DNA of 28,003 nt, from contig CBDBIJ010000006.1 of the NCBI GenBank assembly GCA_965205655.1, positions 1 to 28,003 on the forward strand. Reading direction: 5' to 3'. Below, in pieces: positions 7,970 to 16,148 of this stretch (positions are counted from its first letter, which is position 1; every line of letters begins with the position of its first letter). Source of the DNA: Candidatus Latescibacterota bacterium (lineage in GTDB: Bacteria > Latescibacterota > UBA2968 > UBA8231). Position numbers and translations under genes: made by a program. Below the pieces are notes generated by a model that was not told the DNA's origin, ran no database searches, and was given only the letters and a program-made list of their open reading frames with translations.

Positions 7970-9178
7970 ATGGCTTACCGACTCGCCGTCTTCGTCACCG
8001 TCACCTTTCTCCTTCTCTACCTGCTCAACGCGCTCGTAGTCAGGTTCGGTAACCACAGATGGTGGCGCAGGAAGTGGGTGCGAGCCGCCTTCAAATGGTT
8101 GCCGCTGTTGTTTCTCACGTTCGGCCTCGTATGGATAGCAGGCAACCTGCTCGACAGCCTGTGGCTGACCCGCATGGGAAGCGGGCTGCTGGTTGCCATT
8201 CACATCTATCTTCTCGCGCTGCTAATCGCAGCCATCATAGCCGCGCCGCTCAATCTCTGTGAAAAGCTGTACGACCTGGTAACTCGTCGGGCGTCGGAGG
8301 GAGCGACGAGCTCTCCGGAGCGTCCCACCTCTTCGAGCCGCCGACGGTTCCTGCACTCGAGCCTGGCGACGCTTCCAGCTCTGACGGCTACGACGGCAAG
8401 TTTCGGAATAGTTTCAGCGAGTGCTCCACCGCGCATGCCGCGGGTCGCCGTGACCTTCCCCGACCTACCCGAGGCGCTGCGCGGACTCACGCTGCTGCAC
8501 ATCAGCGACATTCACATCGGGCCATACATCTCGCTGAGCGATCTCGAGGCGCTCGTCGACCGGGCCCGGTCGCTGCAGCCGGACTTCGTCTTCGTCTCCG
8601 GAGATATCTGCGATCACATTCCCTCCTACCTGGACAGCCTGAAGATCCTGGAGCAGCTGCGACCGCCTTACGGAACGTATGCCTCTTTGGGAAACCACGA
8701 GTACTTCCGGGGCATCGATGCGGTGAGATCGAGCTTTGAGAAATCTGATATCCCGTTGCTCGTCGATGACGGCATCGCCGTGGATGTCCGCGGCGAAAGG
8801 ATGTTCGTGAGCGGAGCGGATGATCCAGTCTTTATGAGGGGTCCGGAGTCAGCGGCGAAGTTGAGACGCTCAGTAGAGGCGAGCCAAAGAGAGGCCGCAG
8901 GGACGGGGTTTCGAGTATTGATGAGTCACCGCTCGGTCGCCTTCGACACCTCGGCTCAGCTCGGAGTCGACCTGACACTGTCCGGTCACACGCACGGGTT
9001 CCAGCTGGGAACGGGCGGACGGAGCCTGTTCGAGAGTTCCTACCCGGACCGCTATATCTGGGGACACTACGTGAAGGGCGACCGGCAGCTCTACACATCG
9101 GCGGGGGTCGGTCACTGGCTCCCATTCCGCCTCGGCTGCCCACCGGAGGCGCCGCTGATCGTCCTCGAGAGGGTCTGA
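7970..9178 (+). CDS. Membrane-anchored metallophosphoesterase (YkuE/YaeI-like), 402 aa
   Basis: Calcineurin-like motifs SDIH, SGDICD, GNHE, SHR, GHTHG. Three N-terminal hydrophobic segments. Internal SRRRFL. Confidence 0.92.
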   Translation: MAYRLAVFVTVTFLLLYLLNALVVRFGNHRWWRRKWVRAAFKWLPLLFLTFGLVWIAGNLLDSLWLTRMGSGLLVAIHIYLLALLIAAIIAAPLNLCEKLYDLVTRRASEGATSSPERPTSSSRRRFLHSSLATLPALTATTASFGIVSASAPPRMPRVAVTFPDLPEALRGLTLLHISDIHIGPYISLSDLEALVDRARSLQPDFVFVSGDICDHIPSYLDSLKILEQLRPPYGTYASLGNHEYFRGIDAVRSSFEKSDIPLLVDDGIAVDVRGERMFVSGADDPVFMRGPESAAKLRRSVEASQREAAGTGFRVLMSHRSVAFDTSAQLGVDLTLSGHTHGFQLGTGGRSLFESSYPDRYIWGHYVKGDRQLYTSAGVGHWLPFRLGCPPEAPLIVLERV

Positions 9179-9253
9179 ACCAGGGCGAGCAATTCGAGAA
9201 TGAATTAGTTTACGGCGCTGTCCCTGTTCGCACATAGCGGAAAGGTCCCTCCT

Positions 9254-10591
9254 ATGAAAGACACAACGCGTTCCATCAAAAGATCACTCGAACTGACGAA
9301 GCGAGCCGCAGACGTCATTCCTGGTGTCTCGATGTTGATCAGTCGGCGGCCGAGCCGCTGGGCCAAGGGGGTGAGTCCGGTTTTCGCGGAGCGCGCCAAG
9401 GGATGCCGCATCTGGGATGTGGATGGGAACGAGTACGTCGACTGGATGAGTGCGGTCGGGCCGATCATCCTGGGCTACGCGGACGATGTCGTCGATGAAG
9501 CCGTGAGGCAGCAGATTTCGCTGGGATCTCTCTACAGCCTTCTCCACGAATCGGAGATCGAGCTCGCGGAAGAGCTGATCAAACTGATTCCCTCTGCCGA
9601 GATGGTGCGATTTGCCAAAGGAGGGGGGGAAGCCTGTACGATCGCGGTCCGGATCGCGAGGGGTGTGACCGGAAGAGACAAGGTGCTTTTCAGCGGCTAC
9701 CACGGATGGCACGATTGGTACATCGCGGCGAATCTGAGCTCGCACAGCCTCGACGACCACCTCTTTCCAGGCATCGACCCGATCGGAGTGCCGCGCGCGT
9801 TGGAAGGCACGTCCCTTCCGTTTGAGTATGGGAATCTCAACATGCTCGAAGATTGTCTGAAGCAGAACGATGGCGAGATCGCCTGTATCATCATGGAGCC
9901 AATGCGTAGCGAACTGCCTCCTGAAGGGTATCTGGAGGGCGTTCGCGACCTCGCCACCAAGTACGGGGTAATTCTCATCTTCGATGAAGTCTCGTGCGGA
10001 TTTCGGATTGCGCTGGGAGGGGTTCAGGAGTTCACAGGTGTTACGCCCGATATGTCGGTTTTCGCGAAGGCAATCTCGAACGGGTATCCGATGGCTGTCG
10101 TCGTAGGGGGACGGGAGTTTATGCAGCCAGTTGAGCGGATGTTTGTTTCGAGCGCCTACTGGGATGATGCCATCGGAGTTGCCGCTGCTCTTGCAACGTT
10201 GAGAGAGCTACAGCGACGGAACGCAGTCGCCCACTTCAATGAGATCGGCGCGCAATTCAAGGCTCGAATAAATACCGCGGCAGAGGAAGTCGGACTAAAT
10301 GCGGAATGTTTCGGCGTTGCGGCACATCCGGGCATTCGGTTCCATATCGAGGATCTCGCGAAACAGAAGCTCGTTACCACCCTTTTTGTTCAGGAGAACG
10401 CGAAGAACGGCGTTATTCTCGGAACGGGCTTTTTCTTCAATTGTTCCCACGATGAGGAAGCGCTCGACCGGACTGAGAAGGCCGTGCGCCAGAGCTTCGC
10501 GGTGATTCAAGAGGGATTGGAAAAGGACAGACTGGAGGATCTGGTGGAGGCGGATCTTCAGGAGGATCTGTTCAGGCGAATGGTACAATGA
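9254..10591 (+). CDS. Class III PLP-dependent aminotransferase (glutamate-1-semialdehyde aminomutase-like), 445 aa
   Basis: WDVDGNEYVD, GYHGWHD, IIMEP, LIFDEV, FAKAISNG (PLP lysine). Confidence 0.9.
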   Translation: MKDTTRSIKRSLELTKRAADVIPGVSMLISRRPSRWAKGVSPVFAERAKGCRIWDVDGNEYVDWMSAVGPIILGYADDVVDEAVRQQISLGSLYSLLHESEIELAEELIKLIPSAEMVRFAKGGGEACTIAVRIARGVTGRDKVLFSGYHGWHDWYIAANLSSHSLDDHLFPGIDPIGVPRALEGTSLPFEYGNLNMLEDCLKQNDGEIACIIMEPMRSELPPEGYLEGVRDLATKYGVILIFDEVSCGFRIALGGVQEFTGVTPDMSVFAKAISNGYPMAVVVGGREFMQPVERMFVSSAYWDDAIGVAAALATLRELQRRNAVAHFNEIGAQFKARINTAAEEVGLNAECFGVAAHPGIRFHIEDLAKQKLVTTLFVQENAKNGVILGTGFFFNCSHDEEALDRTEKAVRQSFAVIQEGLEKDRLEDLVEADLQEDLFRRMVQ

Positions 10592-10604
10592 AACGTGTAC
10601 CAGC

Positions 10605-11605
10605 GTGCTCGTAGTGACTGAACGCAAATCGACAGTACGCTGGGGAATCATCAGCACAGCTCGAATCGCCGAGACCGCCTTCGTACCGGCTGTACGTCAA
10701 ACCAGGCGAGGCGACTTGGTGGCCGTCGCCAGCCGCAGCCGCGAGAAAGCCGAGTCGTTCGCCGCGAAACACGGCATCCCCCGGGTCTTCGACGACTACG
10801 CCAGCCTGCTGGCCAGCGACGACATCGACGCTGTCTACAACCCCCTGCCGAACACGATGCATCGCGAGTGGACGGAGATGGCGGCAGAGAACGGAAAACA
10901 CGTTTTTCTGCGAAAAACCGCTCGCCACGTCAGTGGCGGATGCGGAACAGATGGTGCGCATCTGTCGCCAAGCGGGGGGTACTCCTGTTCGAGGCGTTCG
11001 TCTTCCTCTATCATCCGCAGACGCGCAGGCTGCGTCAGCTCATCGACGACGGCGCCATCGGCGACCTGTTGCAGCTGCACGCTCACATGTGCTTCCTTGT
11101 CCGGCGACCGACGGACAACATTCGCATGAACCGGCAGCTTGGAGGCGGCAGCCTGTTCGACGGGGGGTGCTATCCGATCACCTTCGCCCGCTTCGCCTTC
11201 GGCGATGAGCCCGTCGGCATTCAGTCCACCTGTCTGATGGATCCCGAGTACGGTGTCGACACGCGCGCCTGTCTATTGCTCGAATTCGCCGACAAACGTA
11301 CCGCGACGATTCAGGCCGGTTTCGACGCCTTCGGGGGCCAGTCAGCCGTGCTGTTCGGGAGCACGGGCTCGATCGAGATACCGAAACCCTACCATCCGGA
11401 GGAGCAGTCGAGCCTTGTCATCCGCAGACCGGATTCCGAGGAAAGAGTGCCGTTCGACAGCGGCGTCGTTCCGTTTGCGCCGGCGATCGAGCACTTCCAC
11501 GACTGCATTCTCGACGGCGCGGAGCCCATGGTCACGGCCGCCAACGCTTTTGGGACTTTGAAGATTATCGAACGTGTGCTGGAGTTGGAAGCACCGCATC
11601 CGTAG
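10605..11605 (+). CDS. Gfo/Idh/MocA family NAD(P)-dependent oxidoreductase (two apparent +1 frameshifts)
   Basis: VRWGIISTARIA, DAVYNPLPN, GKHVF(CEKP), GGGSLFDGGCY. Removing one T from T5 (10903-10907) and one G from G6 (10974-10979) restores a continuous frame including CEKP. Confidence 0.88.
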
Positions 11606-11695
11606 TTATACGGATATCAGTCCGAAAATCATTCTTGATGAGATGGGATCGGCTCCGTACCATTGGCGCAGACCCGAGAAAACCAACGGACAAAC

Positions 11696-12067
11696 ATGCC
11701 CAAGAAAAACGTCCTCGTCGTCGATGATTCCCCGTTCATTCGGGAAATGGTCTGCAAAATCCTCGACAAGTTGGGCTTCCTCTCGGTCAAGGCGTCTGAT
11801 GGAGACGAAGCCCTCGTCATCGCCGACCGATACACCCCGGACGCCTTCGTCCTGGACGTGAACATGCCCAAAATGAACGGCCTGCAGGTGCTCAGTAAAT
11901 TGCGGGAAGACGAGCGCTTCAAGGACACCCCCATCGTCATGCTCTCGGGCGTCAAGGACGAGGACATCGTCAAGAGCAGCATCCGCGGCAAAGCCACGGG
12001 GTACATCCTGAAAGACGATCCGAATGAGGTCATGAAGCGGCTCGGAAGCTACCTGGCCGATCTGTGA
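11696..12067 (+). CDS. Single-domain (CheY-like) response regulator
   Basis: VLVVDDS, phosphoacceptor in LDVNMPKMNG, IVMLS, GYILK. ATG at 11696 preferred over TTG at 11663. Confidence 0.92.
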   Translation: MPKKNVLVVDDSPFIREMVCKILDKLGFLSVKASDGDEALVIADRYTPDAFVLDVNMPKMNGLQVLSKLREDERFKDTPIVMLSGVKDEDIVKSSIRGKATGYILKDDPNEVMKRLGSYLADL

Positions 12068-12085
12068 AAATTACCGCCCTCACAT

Positions 12086-12119
12086 AAAAAAACCGGGCGC
12101 ATCGCTGCGACGCGCCCGG
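12086..12119 (-). terminator. Intrinsic terminator (minus strand)
   Basis: Stem CCGGGCGC/GCGCCCGG (12093-12100, 12112-12119), extended by a G-U pair on the minus strand, followed by T7 (12086-12092). Confidence 0.85.
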
Positions 12120-12334
12120 GATACCTCAGGTGACGCTGGCGGGTCAGGCCAGTGTCCATCCAGGTGATCAACCACCTGGTTCAGTCATTCGGAAGTCAGG
12201 TGGTCGACCTCCATAAGGGTATACTACTACTCAAAGACCACCTCCTTTCTATATCACCATGAGCGGCTAGCAACGCCCATGCGCATTTCTAATTGGTCGG
12301 CGCAGCGAATACATCTGCCTTCGTCGCAAGCTCT

Positions 12335-12373
12335 GCAGGAGTTTCGTCCGCAGGAGCCTCGTCGGCAGGAGCC
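12335..12373. repeat. Degenerate 15-bp tandem repeat (GCAGGAG core x3)
   Basis: GCAGGAG at 12335, 12350 and 12365, exact 15-bp period. Confidence 0.8.
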
Positions 12374-12427
12374 AACCAGGTCGGCGGGTATGCCTCAAAA
12401 TCGAACGACTGTCGCTCGATTCAACTG

Positions 12428-12459
12428 CAAATATACATATCGGACAAAAACGAAGTCAA
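12428..12459 (-). promoter_or_regulatory. Putative sigma70-type promoter
   Basis: Minus strand TTGACT (12459-12454), 18-bp spacer, TATATT (12435-12430). TATATTTG also matches the Bacteroidota-type TAnnTTTG element. Confidence 0.55.
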
Positions 12460-12521
12460 TTGAATTGTTGGCGTTTTGCGAGAGTCCTGCATGACTCGAT
12501 TTCCAATTTGTGGAAACTTGG

Positions 12522-12551
12522 CTTAACTTACGGAAGATACTTAACTTACGG
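12522..12551. promoter_or_regulatory. Pair of perfect 12-bp direct repeats (CTTAACTTACGG), probable protein-binding sites
   Basis: Copies at 12522-12533 and 12540-12551 in AT-rich DNA upstream of the minus-strand promoter. Confidence 0.5.
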
Positions 12552-12607
12552 TAATTCAAACTGATTGGAATGGCGGCCGCTCGACGTCGTCATCACTCGC
12601 TCCTCCC

Positions 12608-13513
12608 TCACCTTGCCTTCGAGCTTACGCCGCGGAGGCGGCCGAGGTCCAATTGCGTCGACAGTCCCAGCGTAAACTGCTGTCCGGTCGGGAAATTCCG
12701 CCCGTTAATCGTAGACCGAATGGCGATCTCCACGGCGGTGTCGCCGGCTACTCGGTACGACACCGTCGGACTCACGAACGTGACGCGCTTGATGAGCGAG
12801 CTGCTCCTGATGAAGCCGAAGTCCGTGCCGCTTTTACCGCGCAGGGCCTCCACTTTAAGCGCTACGAACACATTCGACGTCATGTTGTAGCCCAGCTCGC
12901 CGTTGAAGATCCATTCGTCCCCTGGATCGCGACCGGAATCGTCGTTCTCTGTCCTCACCCGGTAGCCGACATCCACGCTGCCGTACAGGGGAATTGGCCA
13001 CATCGATCGGCCCAGCTGAAGAACCAGATCGTAGTCTGCCTGCCCGTCACCTACTGGAATAAGGCCGTCCTCGTTGCGGAACTCGCCTGTGGGCAGCTTC
13101 GCCCCGGCTTTGAGGGTGAGGATGGCGGGCCTCTGAATAATTCGCCACTTCGCCAGCACCCGGATGTCGCTGAAGCCGCTGTCCGATTGCGGTTGGAGCC
13201 GAGTGTTGTCGACGAACTGCAGATCGAAGTACGGTACTTGTATCCCGACGTCTAGCCGGTCGGTGACACCGACAAAGCCCTCGATAAACACTGCCCTCGA
13301 TTCGTACTCCCCGCCGAACCTGTAAGGACGGCGGGAGCCGGCCTCGTAGAGACGGCCCGAGAACTCCGGCGAGGGGATATACCATTCGTCGGTGCGCTGC
13401 TGGAAGTAGGTGACCTTCGCCCACATCATTCCTCCCGGCAGCGTCCAGGCGCCTGCGAGCGCCGACTGCGCCGAACAGGTCAAAACGGTGACGACGGTGG
13501 TGATTCTCTTCAT
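12608..13513 (-). CDS. Secreted outer-membrane beta-barrel protein (MetA-pathway/'transporter'-like)
   Basis: Signal peptide MKRITTVVTVLTCSAQSALA-GAWT from ATG 13513. GVTDRLDVGIQVPY, GFSDIRV, KLPTG, PVGDGQ and alternating beta-strand pattern. Confidence 0.7.
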   Translation of the reverse strand: MKRITTVVTVLTCSAQSALAGAWTLPGGMMWAKVTYFQQRTDEWYIPSPEFSGRLYEAGSRRPYRFGGEYESRAVFIEGFVGVTDRLDVGIQVPYFDLQFVDNTRLQPQSDSGFSDIRVLAKWRIIQRPAILTLKAGAKLPTGEFRNEDGLIPVGDGQADYDLVLQLGRSMWPIPLYGSVDVGYRVRTENDDSGRDPGDEWIFNGELGYNMTSNVFVALKVEALRGKSGTDFGFIRSSSLIKRVTFVSPTVSYRVAGDTAVEIAIRSTINGRNFPTGQQFTLGLSTQLDLGRLRGVSSKAR

Positions 13514-13587
13514 GCTCGGGAATATACTTCTGGGCGCCGGATGGGCTCGATTGGCTGGCATGGGAGTCGTTTCGTTTCTTTCACCAC

Positions 13588-14879
13588 ATGCGCGTTATCG
13601 TACTCGGACTCAACCACACCACGGCTCCCGTGGAGATTCGCGAGCGGCTGGCGTTTTCGGAATCCGAGCAATCCGACGCTCTCAGTCTCATCAGGGAGCG
13701 TCATCGGCTCCCCGAAGCGGCCCTCCTCTCCACGTGCAATCGCACGGAGATCTACGGTGTTGACTCGGACGCGACTGGTTTCGACAACCTTCGAGAGTTC
13801 CTCGCGGCATCGCGCCGTGTCGATGTCGGCCAGCTCGGCGGCCACTTCTACGAGCTCGCAGACGCGGATGCCGCTCAGCATCTGTTTCGCGTCGCCTGCG
13901 GCATCGATTCCCTCGTCATCGGCGAGTCCCAGATTCTCGGTCAGGTGCGACAGACTCTGGAAATCGCCCAGCGCAGCGGCGCCGCAAGCCTTCTTGTCAA
14001 CGAGCTGTTCCAGCGCGCCCTGAAAGTCGGCAAACGCGCCCGCACCGAGACCGACATAGGCCGCGGCCGGCTGTCGATCAGTACCGCCGCCGTCGAGCTG
14101 GCCGGACAGATTTTCGATCGGCTGGAAGGCCGCGAAGCGCTGCTCATCGGAGCCGGCGAAATGATCGAGCTCACCGCCCAGTATCTCGTCGACAGCGGTA
14201 TTCGGCGCTTCATCGTCGCCAACCGGACCTTCGACAATGCCCGCGAGCTCGCCCGTCGATTTCGCGGCGAGGCCGTCGAGTTCGACCGCATCGAAGAGCA
14301 CCTCGGCGACATCGACATCCTCATTTCCTCCACCGGCTCACCCGATTTCCTCATCCGTCCCGAAATGATGCGAGGCGCCATGAGCCGTTCGCCGCCGGCC
14401 GCCCTCTTTTCATCATCGATATCGCTGTGCCGCGCGACGTCGATCCCGAGGTACGGCACCTCGATGACATCTACCTGTTCGATATCGATGATTTGCAGCA
14501 GGTCGTGGAGGCGAACCGGCACGAACGGGAAGACGAAATCCGCAATGTGCAGCTGCTCATCGACGAGGAGCACGCCGATTTCCAGCGCTGGTTCAAGGCT
14601 CTGGACTCGGGTCCAGTCATCCGGGCGCTGCGTCGGCAGGCGGAAGAGCTCCGCGCCCTGGAACTCGAAAAGTGGAGCGGAAAGCTCTCCCACCTCTCAG
14701 ACAACGACCGGCTGACCGTCGAGGCCCTGCTCAGAGGCTACGCCAACAAGCTTCTACACGAGCCCCTCGTTCAGATCCGCGAGCTCACCGGCGACCACGA
14801 CGGCTACGTCCGTCTCGATACGATTCGACGCCTTTTCAATATCGACGGCGTCGACGGTTCCTCGGAGAAAGACGCGTGA
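13588..14879 (+). CDS. hemA: Glutamyl-tRNA reductase (apparent frameshift near 14388-14397)
   Basis: GLNHTTAPVEIRE, catalytic STCNRTE, HLFRVACGIDSLVIGESQILGQV, IGAGEM, NRT, then IDIAVPRDVDP and NKLLHEP in the 14427-14879 frame. Confidence 0.95.
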
Positions 14880-15877
14880 CGACCGCCTGTCTCATCTTCC
14901 TCGGCATCTCGTTGCTGCTGTATCTGGCGGCCTCGCTGCTGTTTCACGGCGAGTTTCTCTTCGGCAAAACGCGCTGGCAGAAAATTGGTTCCAACGCCTT
15001 GCTGATTGGCCTCGCCGTCAATGCCGTCGGTCTCCTGCTGCACTTCCTCATTTCGGGGCAGTCGCCGTTCTCCAACATGCTCACCCTCATCGCCATTCTC
15101 GTCATGGCCTTCCTCTTGGCCGGACTCCTGGTCGAGCATTGGATTGGGACGAGGCATCTCAGCCTCCTCCTCGCCCCGCTCGCATTTCTCGGACTGCTCT
15201 ACCCCGTCCTCATGCCCGTCCGCTTCGACGATGCCGAGCACCTTCTCCTGCGCTTCCCGTGGCTCGGTATACACGTCGCCATCACCCTGCTCGGCCACGT
15301 GGGGTTTGCCCTCGCTTTCTGTACGGCCGTCGTCCACTTGATTCAGGCCCGGCTCCTGAAGCGGGGACGGCTCAACCGCTACCTGCCTCCTCTCGATAGC
15401 GCCGCCTCCGCCACTTTCTATTCAGCCGGCGTCGGTTTCTCCTTTTTCACTATCGGTCTCGGCATGGGCATCGTCTGGCTTTTCGGCGCCCCCGGCGAAT
15501 ACCTCGGCCCGCGGGATACGAAAATTTGGCTCGCCTTTCCGACCTGGGCTGTCTACGCCGTGTACCTGTACCTGCGGGGTGTGCGAGGTCAGCACGGCAG
15601 CCGCCTCATGTGGCTGGCGATCGCCGGTTTTGTGTTGGCGGTGGTTAACCTGGTGGGTGTGCGACACGGCTTCGACGCGAGCCCGCAGGTTGGAGCAGTC
15701 AGCGAGCTCAGCGAACTTAGAGACCCTCGATTCGCTACTTCTGATTCTTCAGCTTGTCTGCCTGTTTCGCCATGCTGCCTGCCTGCCTCTTCAATGCTTC
15801 CGACTGTTGTTTCATTTCGTCAGCCTGGGTCTGCATCTCTTCGTATCGCGCCTGCGCCTCGTCCGCCTTCTTCTTGA
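14876..15877 (+). CDS. ccsA: Cytochrome c assembly membrane protein (CcsA/HemX family); 3' end uncertain
   Basis: GTG overlaps the hemA stop (GTGA). About 8 hydrophobic helices, WLGIHV, LPPLD, GMGIVW, DTKIW, terminal RH. The tail beyond ~15670 is not family-like and overlaps the convergent gene by 143 bp. Confidence 0.75.
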   Translation: MTTACLIFLGISLLLYLAASLLFHGEFLFGKTRWQKIGSNALLIGLAVNAVGLLLHFLISGQSPFSNMLTLIAILVMAFLLAGLLVEHWIGTRHLSLLLAPLAFLGLLYPVLMPVRFDDAEHLLLRFPWLGIHVAITLLGHVGFALAFCTAVVHLIQARLLKRGRLNRYLPPLDSAASATFYSAGVGFSFFTIGLGMGIVWLFGAPGEYLGPRDTKIWLAFPTWAVYAVYLYLRGVRGQHGSRLMWLAIAGFVLAVVNLVGVRHGFDASPQVGAVSELSELRDPRFATSDSSACLPVSPCCLPASSMLPTVVSFRQPGSASLRIAPAPRPPSS

Positions 15878-16112
15878 GCTCCTCGGCTTCCGTTTTCATC
15901 TGCTTGGCTGTTTCGTCCATTTGCTTGGCGACGGCCACCATTTCCCCGGCCTGTTTCTTGAGCTGATCCGCCTGCCGGGCCAACTCCTGCGGCACCGGCT
16001 GACCGCCGCCGCCGCCGCCGCCGAGAAAGGGAATTTGATCACAAGAGAATAGCGCCGCAGCCGCCAGAACCGAGCCTGCGAGAGGAATTAGGCGCTTGGT
16101 CACATGCATCAT
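15735..16112 (-). CDS. Predicted lipoprotein with long heptad-repeat coiled coil
   Basis: GGAG RBS before ATG 16112, lipobox LFS-C, Gly7 linker, 11 consecutive heptads. Confidence 0.8.
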   Translation of the reverse strand: MMHVTKRLIPLAGSVLAAAALFSCDQIPFLGGGGGGGQPVPQELARQADQLKKQAGEMVAVAKQMDETAKQMKTEAEELKKKADEAQARYEEMQTQADEMKQQSEALKRQAGSMAKQADKLKNQK

Positions 16113-16148
16113 CGTCACTCCGTTATGTGTGGTCATACAGCATCGATG

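Larger units (their letters stand above)
12086..12423 (-). ncRNA. Candidate structured small RNA or small-ORF transcript (~340 nt), family unknown
   Basis: Bounded by a promoter-like sequence (12430-12459) and a terminator. Hairpins at 12399-12421, 12258-12281, 12198-12243, 12160-12179 and 12132-12156. No minus-strand ORF of 60 aa or more. Confidence 0.5.

Noticed and set aside
9254..10591. Gene symbol hemL
   Set aside because: Active-site region differs from canonical HemL and the gene is not in the hemA operon; symbol withheld.
12236..12251. Possible 16S rRNA 3'-end fragment (CACCTCCTTTCTA)
   Set aside because: No upstream 16S helix 44/45 sequence such as GTAACAAGGTAGCCGTA; treated as an extended SD on the minus strand instead.
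12086..12423. Identification as tmRNA, RNase P RNA or tRNA
   Set aside because: No tRNA-like ends or cloverleaf, no GAGGAAAGTCC motif, no tag ending in ALAA-like residues.
12279..12494. 71-aa plus-strand ORF in the intergenic region
   Set aside because: No RBS or recognisable features, and it runs antisense through the predicted promoter.
15670..15877. Long C-terminal tail of CcsA overlapping the lipoprotein gene
   Set aside because: Reads like antisense of the coiled-coil gene; probably read-through caused by an indel, not a real overlap.
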